A stretch of 64,000 nucleotides of DNA from an uncultured Rikenellaceae bacterium. Lineage in GTDB: Bacteria > Bacteroidota > Bacteroidia > Bacteroidales > VadinHA17. The position numbers and the translations under genes are program-made. Location: positions 125 through 64,124 of the forward strand of contig CAYUQR010000015.1 of the NCBI GenBank assembly GCA_964446825.1, read 5' to 3'. Position 1 is the stretch's first letter, and the number at the start of each line of letters is the position of its first letter. The notes under the pieces are model-generated. The model saw only the letters and a list, made by a program, of their open reading frames with translations. It ran no database searches and was not told the origin of the DNA. Shown here piece after piece: positions 28,624-38,010 of this stretch.

Positions 28624-29394
28624 ATGCCTAAAATATCAGCAGTTATTATAACTTATAATGAAGAACAATTTATAGACAAATGCCTTTCCTCTCTCAATGG
28701 TATTGCAGATGAAATAGTTGTTGTTGATTCATCTTCCACTGACAGTACGGAAGAAATTTGCAGGAAGTACAATGTCAGGTTTATAAAGCACCCCTTTGAA
28801 GGTTTTCGCGATCAGAAGAATTTTGCGCTTAATTTCGCCACATATAAAAATATCATTTCTCTTGACGCTGATGAAGCTTTAAGCACTGAACTCAGAGAAT
28901 CCATTCTCGCTATTAAAGACAAGTGGGACTTTGACGGATACCTGTTCAACAGACGAAACTACTATTGCGGTAAATGGATTCGTTATTCGGAATGGTATCC
29001 CGACAGGCAGCTGAGGTTATTCTTTTCCGATCATGGAAAATGGGGAAAACTCAATCTACATGAAAGATTCATTCTTTCAAATGGTGCCACTATAGGTAAA
29101 CTAAAAGGAGATCTCCTTCACTGGCCTATTACTTCGAGGCAGGATCACATCGCCAAGATGGAAAAGTATTCCAGGATTGGAGCTGAAGAGTTTCATAAGG
29201 CAGGCAGAAAAGCCTACATTTTCACTCCGTACATACATTCTATCTGGGGGTTTTTCAGATCTTACATAATAAACAGAGGCTTTCTCGACGGATATAACGG
29301 ATACCTGATCTGTTCACTCTATGCTAAATCAGCATTCAACAAATACAGGATGCTCAGACAGCTCAACCGAAACGATGTGGCCGGGCATAAATAA
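28624..29394 (+). CDS. Glycosyltransferase family 2 protein
   Basis: 256-aa ORF with ISAVIITYNEE, a DSSSTD motif and SLDADE (DxD-like). Typical GT2 N-terminal Rossmann fold. Confidence 0.85.
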   Translation: MPKISAVIITYNEEQFIDKCLSSLNGIADEIVVVDSSSTDSTEEICRKYNVRFIKHPFEGFRDQKNFALNFATYKNIISLDADEALSTELRESILAIKDKWDFDGYLFNRRNYYCGKWIRYSEWYPDRQLRLFFSDHGKWGKLNLHERFILSNGATIGKLKGDLLHWPITSRQDHIAKMEKYSRIGAEEFHKAGRKAYIFTPYIHSIWGFFRSYIINRGFLDGYNGYLICSLYAKSAFNKYRMLRQLNRNDVAGHK

Positions 29395-29398
29395 GCTT

Positions 29399-29968
29399 AT
29401 GCTTTCCCATGAAGATATAAAAGAATCGCTGAACACTCTGAAAAGCGGTGGTATAATCCTTTATCCCACAGATACAATATGGGGTCTTGGATGTGATGCC
29501 ACCAATTCCTCTGCAGTTGAGAAGATTTTCAAAATAAAATCCAGGATTGCGTCCAGGAGCCTGCTTATTCTTATCAATAATGAACAGATGCTCGAAAGAT
29601 ATGTAAAGGAAATACCTGAAATAGCATTTGAACTAATTTCCGTTGCTGATACACCTCTGACAATAATATACCCTGAAGGGAAAAATCTGGCGCCGGGCGT
29701 CTGCAGCGATGACGGGTCAGTCGGGATAAGAATTTGTCATGAGGAATTTTGCAGAGAGTTGATTGGACGCTTCATGAAACCGATCGTCTCCACATCAGCT
29801 AATCTCAGTGGGAAACCATCACCTTCTCATTTCGGTGAGATTGATAAGTCCCTGGTTCAAAAAGCCGACTATGTTGTTAAGTACCGTCAGGATGACCGGC
29901 AAAAACAGTCTGCTTCACCGGTCATAAAACTTGAACAAGACGGTACATTAAAAATAATAAGGGAATAA
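29399..29968 (+). CDS. tsaC: L-threonylcarbamoyladenylate synthase (YrdC/TsaC type)
   Basis: YrdC-domain motifs ILYPTDTIWGLGCDA and STSANLSGKP. Start taken at MLSHEDIK (ATG 29399), 5 nt after the GT2 stop; the track start 29321 overlaps GT2. Confidence 0.88.
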   Translation: MLSHEDIKESLNTLKSGGIILYPTDTIWGLGCDATNSSAVEKIFKIKSRIASRSLLILINNEQMLERYVKEIPEIAFELISVADTPLTIIYPEGKNLAPGVCSDDGSVGIRICHEEFCRELIGRFMKPIVSTSANLSGKPSPSHFGEIDKSLVQKADYVVKYRQDDRQKQSASPVIKLEQDGTLKIIRE

Positions 29969-29969
29969 G

Positions 29970-30674
29970 TTATCTTGATCTTATCTTGCCTGATCCTGAA
30001 ACCCTTGCATCGACCCTGGGATTACCCATGTAAGTAACATTCCCGCTTCCGGAAACACTGGCTCTAAGAGATTCTGTAACATTACAGGTGCAATTTCCGC
30101 TTCCCGATATTGATATATCTGCAGCCCCAATACTTATTTTCTCGCCTGAATAATTGCCCGACCCGCTGATTGAAATATCACCCCTGGCAATATTGCCATT
30201 ACCTGCTAATTCTATATTACCGGAACCTGAGATGCCACAATCGAGTCTGTCGGCAGTAAGATCGGATGTATAGATCTTTCCACTCCCACTGACATTAAGG
30301 TTCAAATCTCCGGTTTTAACAGCATCTTTTATTTCTGCCTTACCTGACCCCGATACACCTAATCCATCGATCTCGGGCATTGTAACATATACTGTGACTC
30401 TGTCATTCATCCTAAGTCGCCAGCTGTCCTTTCTGATAATAAGCTTCCCCCCTCTCACTTCAGTTATAATGTCATTCAGTAATGATCTGTCACCTTCAAG
30501 AACGACTTTAAATTCAGGACCGAAATTAATGTACAGATTTCCTGCCACACCAAAATTGACTTTTGTAAAACCGGTAAGATCCCTGGTCTCCTTTTCATCA
30601 GACTGATTGCCGGCAAAAGACGAGGTAACTACCATAAAAACCATAATAAACGATAAGAAAATACTCCTTTTCAT
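29970..30674 (-). CDS. Head GIN domain (DUF2807) beta-helical protein, secreted
   Basis: 234-aa ORF with a signal peptide, then seven [VI]SGSG[KN] rungs (VSGSGKAEIK, ISGSGNIELA, ...). Confidence 0.75.
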   Translation of the reverse strand: MKRSIFLSFIMVFMVVTSSFAGNQSDEKETRDLTGFTKVNFGVAGNLYINFGPEFKVVLEGDRSLLNDIITEVRGGKLIIRKDSWRLRMNDRVTVYVTMPEIDGLGVSGSGKAEIKDAVKTGDLNLNVSGSGKIYTSDLTADRLDCGISGSGNIELAGNGNIARGDISISGSGNYSGEKISIGAADISISGSGNCTCNVTESLRASVSGSGNVTYMGNPRVDARVSGSGKIRSR

Positions 30675-30757
30675 AGTGTCGAGATTTAATGAATTTAATG
30701 CGATACTTTTAAAAGACCTCTTTTTAGGAAAAAGGCTGCATAAAACAGTTAAAAATA

Positions 30758-31276
30758 TCAGTTAATCTCGGAAAGACCTTCAGGAATATCCATCACAATG
30801 ATTTTTTTCTTATGATCAATGCTGACAATAAAATCTTCATGAAGTGGAATGAGTATTTCTTTTTTCTGTGGAGAAACGATTTTGAGAAGCCATTGTCCGG
30901 AATTTGACATAAGCTCTTTTATGAAACCCAGGACAACGTCATGCCGGACAATAACATTATATCCGATGATATTGGATATGTCATCCGCCTTACTTGTTTC
31001 CGGAATGTTTTTAGTCAGATAAACATTGCATCCGGTAAACTCTCTTATCTTTTCAGCCGATTCATAGCCTTCGAACATGAGCTTAAGAATACCGGCACCA
31101 TTGTATTCTGAAAAAGAGATAAAAAAAGGAACCGGTCTTCCTTCAACTTCGAGAAAGACCGATTCCATTTCGGGTATATTTTCAGTAAATCTTTTCCCCA
31201 GTCTGATCGTTACGGCACCCTCATAACCGCTGATCTTTGTGATTCTTCCCAGTAATATGTCGCTTCTGTAAGCCAT
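30758..31276 (-). CDS. rimM: 16S rRNA processing protein RimM
   Basis: 172-aa product from MAYRSDILLGRITKISGYEGAVTI (ATG 31276), directly downstream of rpsP. The track extension to 31519 is an alternative frame of the S16 repeat region. Confidence 0.85.
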   Translation of the reverse strand: MAYRSDILLGRITKISGYEGAVTIRLGKRFTENIPEMESVFLEVEGRPVPFFISFSEYNGAGILKLMFEGYESAEKIREFTGCNVYLTKNIPETSKADDISNIIGYNVIVRHDVVLGFIKELMSNSGQWLLKIVSPQKKEILIPLHEDFIVSIDHKKKIIVMDIPEGLSEIN

Positions 31277-31304
31277 TGGATCGACGATCCTTCTGACCGC
31301 TTTA

Positions 31305-32087
31305 TTACTCCTGGGGTTTTTCCTCTGCAGCTGTTTCAGCAGTGGTATCTTCCGCAGCAGGTGCTTTATCCTGTTCTTCTGCAACAGGTGCCTGATCCTG
31401 CACTTCTGCAACAGGTGCCTGATCCTGTTCTTCTGCAACAGGTGCCTGATCCTGCACTTCTGCAACAGGTGCCTGATCCTGTTCTTCTGCAACAGGTTCC
31501 TGATCCTGCACTTCTGCAACAGATGCCTGATCTGGTTCTTCTACAGGTGCGGCATCTGGTTCTTCGACAGGTGCGGCATCTTCAGCTGTAACCTCTTCTT
31601 TGTCTCCTGCTGCAGCTTTAGCTGCAAGTTCTGCATTTCTCTTTGCAAGTTTTGCGGCCCTTGCTTCGTTAATGTCCCTTTCAACTATGAGTCTCTTACC
31701 CATTTCATCATCCTGCGATTTCTCAAGACCAGACTTCTTGGATTCGATCTTTGCCTCATTCTGTTTCATCCACTCCTCAAACCTCCTGGTGGCTTCTGCT
31801 TCATCAAATGCCCCTTTTCTCACACCTTCGAGAAGATGCTTCTTGATCAATACACCTTTATAAGACAGGATAGCTCTACATGTATCTGTAGGTATTGCGC
31901 CATTTTGCAGCCAACCCAGCGCTTTATCGAAATCGAGTTCGATTGTTGCGGGGTTAGTAACCGGATTGTACGATCCGATCTTTTCAATATATCTGCCATC
32001 CCGTGGCGACCTGCTATCTGCTACCACAATGTGATAGAAGGCCAGTTTTTTACGGCCTTTTCTAGCTAATCTGATTTTAACTGCCAT
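31305..32087 (-). CDS. rpsP: 30S ribosomal protein S16 with a long acidic repeat-containing C-terminal extension
   Basis: N-terminus [42 protein letters not shown] is canonical S16. The 260-aa total includes AAPVEEPD x2 and Q(A/E)(P/S)VAE(V/E)QD x7. Confidence 0.93.
   Translation of the reverse strand: MAVKIRLARKGRKKLAFYHIVVADSRSPRDGRYIEKIGSYNPVTNPATIELDFDKALGWLQNGAIPTDTCRAILSYKGVLIKKHLLEGVRKGAFDEAEATRRFEEWMKQNEAKIESKKSGLEKSQDDEMGKRLIVERDINEARAAKLAKRNAELAAKAAAGDKEEVTAEDAAPVEEPDAAPVEEPDQASVAEVQDQEPVAEEQDQAPVAEVQDQAPVAEEQDQAPVAEVQDQAPVAEEQDKAPAAEDTTAETAAEEKPQE
31353..31577 (-). repeat. Intragenic tandem repeat (24-bp x2, then 30-bp x~7, alternating as 60-bp units) in the rpsP 3' region
   Basis: + strand CTGATCCTG(C/T)(A/T)CTTCTGCAACAGGTGC is reiterated through 31370..31530. 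All three overlapping reading frames stay open here. Confidence 0.9.
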
Positions 32088-32193
32088 TAATTCTTACGCT
32101 TTTATATTTAACCTGTTTTTAAAAATGTGGCTGCAAAGATAACAGTAAATATTTTATTGAACAAATGAATAATACTTATTTATATCAATAAGC

Positions 32194-32220
32194 AGAGGCT
32201 ATCCGTTTAAGATAGCCTCT
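32194..32220 (-). terminator. Stem-loop downstream of the PUL lipoprotein gene (putative terminator)
   Basis: AGAGGCTATC (32194..32203) and GATAGCCTCT (32211..32220) form a 10-bp perfect stem with a 7-nt loop. The U-tract on the - strand is weak (GCTTATTGAT). Confidence 0.45.
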
Positions 32221-32247
32221 AATAAAAACCTCATATTAAATTTACCC

Positions 32248-33045
32248 TTAATTTCTGGTAAATGTAAATGCATTGGTACCAAAATTAGCCTCATCAGTGG
32301 TAATTTCGAAATACATTATAAATGATCCATCGCATGAACTGTAGGTACCATTACCTGAATAGGCAATATTATGAAATCCCCAGGCATCTGATGCCAGGAC
32401 GGATTTATCGGCAATTACCGAATAATCAATTGGATTTATATGCATAACCAGAGGCCCCACGTCTTCAACAAGTCCTTCCATTTCCTCCAGACCTGTAACA
32501 TACAAAGTATACTGATCTGCAGGATCAGCTGTAATAGTAATATCCCCTTCAGATGCCCAGTCTGCTGAAACTGAATGATAACTCCCGGTAGCCAGATTCA
32601 CATCATAAGCACAGGCCACAGGTACATTTATAGCTGCACTGGAACGCGTGGTCAATCCATTGTAAGTAGTTACAAGTTCAAAAGTAAAAACTTCTCCATT
32701 ATGAATATCATCCAAAACGATTCCGATTTTCCCGGCAGCAACAGATGAATATATTCTTATAGTTGAAGGAAAAGTTGAAATTTCTCCAATTTCTGTTCTT
32801 TGAAGGTTTCCATTAAAAGATCCTTCGATGACAGCTTTTTCCACTTGTATTCCTGCAGCCAGATTTACTTCGAATTCTATATAAGAATTTTCGAGATCCT
32901 TGGAATCAAAAATTGCAGGATTTATATTTGAAATAATAGGTATTGGTGCCACATCTCTCTGCCCTGCCGGATCTTTTATCTCTTCACAACCAAAGACTAT
33001 CAGGATCAGCGTGAAGATTAATATTAATGAATTATTTTTTTTCAT
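32248..33045 (-). CDS. Hypothetical surface lipoprotein encoded downstream of SusD (possible SusE/F-like accessory protein)
   Basis: 265-aa ORF with lipobox LIVFGC. Beta-rich composition. Positioned directly after the susC/susD pair. Confidence 0.7.
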   Translation of the reverse strand: MKKNNSLILIFTLILIVFGCEEIKDPAGQRDVAPIPIISNINPAIFDSKDLENSYIEFEVNLAAGIQVEKAVIEGSFNGNLQRTEIGEISTFPSTIRIYSSVAAGKIGIVLDDIHNGEVFTFELVTTYNGLTTRSSAAINVPVACAYDVNLATGSYHSVSADWASEGDITITADPADQYTLYVTGLEEMEGLVEDVGPLVMHINPIDYSVIADKSVLASDAWGFHNIAYSGNGTYSSCDGSFIMYFEITTDEANFGTNAFTFTRN

Positions 33046-33087
33046 TTTTTTAATATTATTTAGTTTGACTTTTCAAGAGGTGTAAAC

Positions 33088-34536
33088 TTATCGGGTCCCT
33101 CCGGCCCACCATACATTTTCAGAGTAAACATATGTGCCATCACCATAAGCAGTATCAATATTCGGATTTGTAGTAACGTCATCTGATCCATAGGTATAGC
33201 GAAGAGGGAACAAGGTTGAATTCAGCGGGTTTTCAAGATTGATAATATTATCCCCCATCGCCTTCAATCGTCTGTAATCATTGTAAGCCTCCAAAGCCTC
33301 TTCCTCATAAAAAGCAATATACTTCTGGTTCATTATTTCGGATAATGGATTGGCCGTGAATTTGGCAGCCACATTATTATCAAAATAATCATCTGCATCA
33401 GTAGCGGATAAACCAATGTTCACCTTTTGAAAAGCTGCCACAACTCCTTCCCGTAATGAAGCTTCCGCATCAGTTATATCATTTAACCTGACATAAGCCT
33501 CGGCTTTTAAGAATTCAATCTCATGATAGCTTAAAAGGTATGTAGGTGCTGTGTTTGTGCTGATAGCCGAGATTGAATAATAACCCTGAATCTGGTTTGG
33601 ATTCCCATTGGGAGCAAATACAATCCCATTTCCTTCCGTGCCCGGGTAAGGTTTGAAAAAAACATTATCCCTGGGATCATTCCTTTCCACCAGTTTATCA
33701 TGCAGGCTCTGACTTGCACCATAATAATCTCTGTCGAGAAACATTTGGTAAAACGGACTGTTGGTTGTGGTGCCATTATAAACAAACTCTGCCTGTTCTG
33801 CGCTTGAACTGAAGGACTGGCTGGCAAAGCTGATAACATCAGCATAAGCCGGAGTCCTGTACGAAAGTCGCATTGTGTACCGGGCTTTCAATCCATAAGC
33901 AAATTTTTTCCACAGGTCAATATCGCCACCATAAATAAGGTCCTGAGCACCCAGTGATGGAAATTCAGAATCTTTATCCAGGTTTGCTATTGCGTCATCA
34001 AGCAGATTAAAGACCTGCACATATATATCTTCCTGCTGATCCAGCAGAGGAGTAAATATTTCACCTGGCTTAAGAGCCTCGCTCCATGGGACGTCCCCCA
34101 TTACATCCGTCAATATTGCCAGGTTATATGCTGTAAGTACCTGTGCAATACCCAGGGTATGATAATTGCCCTCTTCGGAACCACCTGTTGAGCATTTATC
34201 AATAATCACCTTCAGGTTGTAGAGAGTCTGATAGGTTGCATCCCATGTATTATTATAGGTTGTTGAATTTGTGGGCTCTGCTGATCTTATCTCAGCATTA
34301 TAAAACTGACCCCACGTTCCGACATTTTGTTCAATATAGATTGATGCATAAAATGTAAAATCGGTTCCCGTAACAGAGAATGCAGTACTTGTCATTGCAT
34401 CTGTAATTATCAATCTCGATCCCATTTCGGTCGGATCGTTCACGTCCTTGTTTATATCATCCATGACTTTTTCAGAACACGACGACATAAACAGGATCAG
34501 GATTGCCGTATATAATATATAAATTGGCCTTTTCAT
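33088..34536 (-). CDS. SusD/RagB-family nutrient-binding outer-membrane lipoprotein
   Basis: 482-aa ORF with lipobox FMSSC and a TPR-like helical core. Immediately downstream (11 bp) of the SusC-like gene. Confidence 0.88.
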   Translation of the reverse strand: MKRPIYILYTAILILFMSSCSEKVMDDINKDVNDPTEMGSRLIITDAMTSTAFSVTGTDFTFYASIYIEQNVGTWGQFYNAEIRSAEPTNSTTYNNTWDATYQTLYNLKVIIDKCSTGGSEEGNYHTLGIAQVLTAYNLAILTDVMGDVPWSEALKPGEIFTPLLDQQEDIYVQVFNLLDDAIANLDKDSEFPSLGAQDLIYGGDIDLWKKFAYGLKARYTMRLSYRTPAYADVISFASQSFSSSAEQAEFVYNGTTTNSPFYQMFLDRDYYGASQSLHDKLVERNDPRDNVFFKPYPGTEGNGIVFAPNGNPNQIQGYYSISAISTNTAPTYLLSYHEIEFLKAEAYVRLNDITDAEASLREGVVAAFQKVNIGLSATDADDYFDNNVAAKFTANPLSEIMNQKYIAFYEEEALEAYNDYRRLKAMGDNIINLENPLNSTLFPLRYTYGSDDVTTNPNIDTAYGDGTYVYSENVWWAGGTR

Positions 34537-34547
34537 TTTATTAATTT

Positions 34548-37500
34548 TTAAAAAGTTATATCTAAACTAACCCCAAAGCTGGTTGTCTGGGGCATGGAAA
34601 ATCTTTCAAAAGCACCTCCCATGTTATTATTTCCCTGACTCGATTCCGGATCGAAGTTCGGCAGTGCAGTCCATATCAAAACATTTCGTGCAAAAACTGA
34701 AACACCCAGATCAACTGTGTTGAACAGTCTCTTCTCAGGTTTGTACTTAAGTGAGAGCTCCCTGAGTTTCACAAATGAGTTATCATAAATAAAATACTCA
34801 TCAATGTTATAAAGTACATTTGTATATAGATCCTGTAATGCCCTCGGGTCGTCGGGTCCACCGCGGACTATATCGTTGGGAGTACCATCAGGTTTGACGC
34901 CATCGAAAATAAAAGTTGCGTCACGATTTTCTGTTCTTGCCGACATACCATAATTATCAAGCAGACCATTGCTTCCTGAGTACATATGACCGCCGCTTTT
35001 CCATTCGAACAATGCATTCAGGGACCAGTTCCTGTAAGAGAATGAATTGGTGGCTCCAAGAATAAAATCAGGAGAGACAGAAGCTATCACTTTTGGTTCC
35101 CCGACTGCTGGCATGCCATGGTTAGGTGCGCCCGGGTTATCAACGACGACAATTTTGTTATTCGCATCACGAACAAATGAAGTACCATAAATTACAGGAT
35201 AAGAAGCACCAATACCTGCCCTTACCTGAGGAATATCAAAACCTCCTAAAAAGATACTTCCTACTCCGGGAGCCAGCTCATCAACGATATTGTCAATTTT
35301 TGAGAAGTTGATATTCATGTTCCATTGAAAATTCTCAGTTGCAACTGGTGTCAGGTATAGTATAACCTCATGACTGATAGTATGCACTTTACCACCGTTC
35401 ATTAATAACTGAGCCGCACCGGTGGACCCTGCAAGCGGGACATTAAATATCTGATCTATTACATTCTGGCGGGAGAAAGTATAATCAATTCCAAAACGAT
35501 TATTGAAGAATTTCAGATCAGCACCAATCTCGTATGATTTAGTGTTCTGAGGTTTTAAGTTTGGATCAAACTGTATATTATTAGGTATATATGAGCTTAT
35601 TCCTCCAATAGGATAAAGTATTGGGGAACCTGACCACCAGCTACCAGCATAATTCGGTATGGTAAAGAAATTTTTATAGTACTGACCTGCCTGCCCTACC
35701 TCCGCGTATGAAAAACGCAACTTGGTAAACGAAATCCAGTCAAGATTTTTGATCGCATCAAGTTCGGATGCCACAAAACTCAAAGAAGCAGACGGATAGA
35801 AGAAAGTCCGATTATTTGTGGGCATGCTCGACACAACATCATTCCTGCCTGTTGCATTAAGGAAAAGCATCGATTTCCAGGCCAGCGATAAATTTCCGAA
35901 AAAACCAACTGTTCGATCCTGACTAATAGATTCATTGGCAGTGACTATATTGGCATTTCTGATATGTGCCCAGCCACCAAAATTAAAATCTTCTCCATGC
36001 TCGGAATAAGTCTTATAACTACCCTGGTTAAACTCATTTCCAAAAAGAGCATTAAAGGAAAGATCGTTATTAATCTTACAGTCATATGTGGCTGTAAGAA
36101 GAGAGTTAACTGTTGAGGATGAAATACCATAATTATCCATATATCCGGTATTTCCCGCATGTCCATACTCGAAAATGTCCTGGAAATTGGTTGTATATGA
36201 ATCGATACCTAACTGGTAGCGCACTTTTATATTCATTATATCATTAAACCTGGCGATATAGTTTATATAACCATTCCCAAAAAACCTGTTCGTCTTTTCA
36301 TTAAAGACATTATGTTTGGCAGCCCACAGTGGGTTGTCAAAAGGGTTCACACCACGGTAATATATCTGGGTATAAGGATCACCCGGAACATTATAAGGAT
36401 ATCCTTTCAGATTATAAGTCGTCGGTGCTGCCAGTACCCCTGCCAGCGATGCGTCATTACCTGATGAAAGCTTATCAATATCGGTCTGCGAAAAGTTTGA
36501 GCTGAAACCAATATTGAAGTTGTCATTTAATTTTCTTTCTGCAGAAGCTTTTGCGTTCCACCTGTTCATCCCGGCTGGTTCTGCAATACCACTCTGGGAT
36601 GTCTCGCTTAAACCCAGTGCAAAATTTCCTTTTTCCACTGCCTGGCTGACATTTATATTATTGGTTATGGAATAACCTGTCTTGTAAAAATCAGACCAGT
36701 TCTTAAATACCTGGGGAACAGCCCATGGATCAAGCTGTGCAGTTGCCAGCTGGGGAACATAGAACATTCCCGGATGACCGTTACTATTGCCTCCGTTTAC
36801 CGGGTCATCCGGAAGATCACTTATCTTTGGCCCCCACGACATTGCCGAATTTGGCACATAGGCTCCATAAGTACCCTGAGCGTATGTAGACTGGTAATCA
36901 GGTGTTCTGGAAACCTTTGAAAAACTGCTTATATGAGAAATTGATACAACCGGCTTTCCAATTGCATTATTTCTGCCACTCTTTGTTGTAATAATCACTA
37001 CTCCATTCGAGGCTCTGATACCGTATAGGGCAGCTGCAGCCTGACCTTTGAGTATGTCGATACTCTCAATATCGGAAGGGTTAATATCAACTGCACGGTT
37101 TGAAAGATCTGATCCGGTTACACCATATCCTGACTGGGAAAAGTCACCTCCTGCTCCTGATTGTATATCAGCTGTGGAGGCAACTGGCATACCATCGACA
37201 ACATAGAGAGGTGAATTATTCCCGGTAAATGAGCGGGCGCCGCGAATAGTAACCTGCGATGATGCCCCTGGCATACCGCTTGACGGTTTAATGTCGATAC
37301 CCGAAAGCTTACCCTGCATGGCTCCTGACAAATCAGTATTGCCGGCTCGTTCAATTACATCACTTTTAACATCCTGTACTGCATAACCAAGGGCTTTTTT
37401 CTCCCGTGAAATGCCTAAAGCAGTAACAACGACTTCGTCCAATCCCAGGATATCAGGCTCCATGCTGACATCCACAATTGATCTGGTGCCGATTTCAACA

Positions 37501-37745
37501 TCTTGCGTTTTCAATCCTATATATGAAAAAACAAGGGTTGTAGCGTTCTGAGGAACAGCCAGGGTATACTTACCGTTTATATCAGTAGAAATACCAATAG
37601 TTGTTCCTTTCACTTGTACTGTACATCCGATAACGGGTTGTCCTTCTTCAACCGCGGTAACAGTACCTGTAACTATCTTCTGCTGAGCCATCGCCGAAAA
37701 CGAAAACCCGCAAAAAATTAAAAATAACAAGAGAGCTTTTCTCAT
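34548..37745 (-). CDS. SusC/RagA-family TonB-dependent outer-membrane transporter
   Basis: 1065-aa ORF with a signal peptide, a carboxypeptidase-regulatory-like domain (VTGTVTAVEEGQPVIGCTVQVKGTTIGISTDINGKY), plug motif LGISREKKALGYAVQDV and a C-terminal aromatic residue (F). Confidence 0.95.
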   Translation of the reverse strand: MRKALLLFLIFCGFSFSAMAQQKIVTGTVTAVEEGQPVIGCTVQVKGTTIGISTDINGKYTLAVPQNATTLVFSYIGLKTQDVEIGTRSIVDVSMEPDILGLDEVVVTALGISREKKALGYAVQDVKSDVIERAGNTDLSGAMQGKLSGIDIKPSSGMPGASSQVTIRGARSFTGNNSPLYVVDGMPVASTADIQSGAGGDFSQSGYGVTGSDLSNRAVDINPSDIESIDILKGQAAAALYGIRASNGVVIITTKSGRNNAIGKPVVSISHISSFSKVSRTPDYQSTYAQGTYGAYVPNSAMSWGPKISDLPDDPVNGGNSNGHPGMFYVPQLATAQLDPWAVPQVFKNWSDFYKTGYSITNNINVSQAVEKGNFALGLSETSQSGIAEPAGMNRWNAKASAERKLNDNFNIGFSSNFSQTDIDKLSSGNDASLAGVLAAPTTYNLKGYPYNVPGDPYTQIYYRGVNPFDNPLWAAKHNVFNEKTNRFFGNGYINYIARFNDIMNIKVRYQLGIDSYTTNFQDIFEYGHAGNTGYMDNYGISSSTVNSLLTATYDCKINNDLSFNALFGNEFNQGSYKTYSEHGEDFNFGGWAHIRNANIVTANESISQDRTVGFFGNLSLAWKSMLFLNATGRNDVVSSMPTNNRTFFYPSASLSFVASELDAIKNLDWISFTKLRFSYAEVGQAGQYYKNFFTIPNYAGSWWSGSPILYPIGGISSYIPNNIQFDPNLKPQNTKSYEIGADLKFFNNRFGIDYTFSRQNVIDQIFNVPLAGSTGAAQLLMNGGKVHTISHEVILYLTPVATENFQWNMNINFSKIDNIVDELAPGVGSIFLGGFDIPQVRAGIGASYPVIYGTSFVRDANNKIVVVDNPGAPNHGMPAVGEPKVIASVSPDFILGATNSFSYRNWSLNALFEWKSGGHMYSGSNGLLDNYGMSARTENRDATFIFDGVKPDGTPNDIVRGGPDDPRALQDLYTNVLYNIDEYFIYDNSFVKLRELSLKYKPEKRLFNTVDLGVSVFARNVLIWTALPNFDPESSQGNNNMGGAFERFSMPQTTSFGVSLDITF

Positions 37746-37967
37746 AACATTTAGGTTAGATTAATTAAAATACTGAGGAACTTATGATTCCTTTTTACTG
37801 TCTTATTAAACTGTGAACTAGTCACCTTAACAAAATAAATCATTAGCTGAAAGCAATTTTATCCCAATTAACAGAATGCAGATTCCGCTTAACAATTATC
37901 AATTTTCATTCAACGGATTATTTTTCCACAGATATTCACAAGTGCCTAATCTTAATTCTATTTTACG

Positions 37968-37975
37968 TATTTTTG
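37968..37975 (+). promoter_or_regulatory. Candidate -7 promoter box (TATTTTTG) for dnaE
   Basis: Matches TAnnTTTG 36 nt upstream of ATG 38011. Confidence 0.3.
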
Positions 37976-38010
37976 TTACCTGTTGAAACTGGTTTTTAAT
38001 ATTCTGAAAA

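Noticed and set aside
31277-31519. Arg/Lys/Gln-rich repeat N-terminus for RimM ([21 protein letters not shown]...), overlapping rpsP
   Set aside because: It is an alternative reading frame of the S16 tail repeats. A normal-length RimM (172 aa) starts at ATG 31276. The + strand ORFs 31361..31591 and 31600..31863 were rejected for the same reason.
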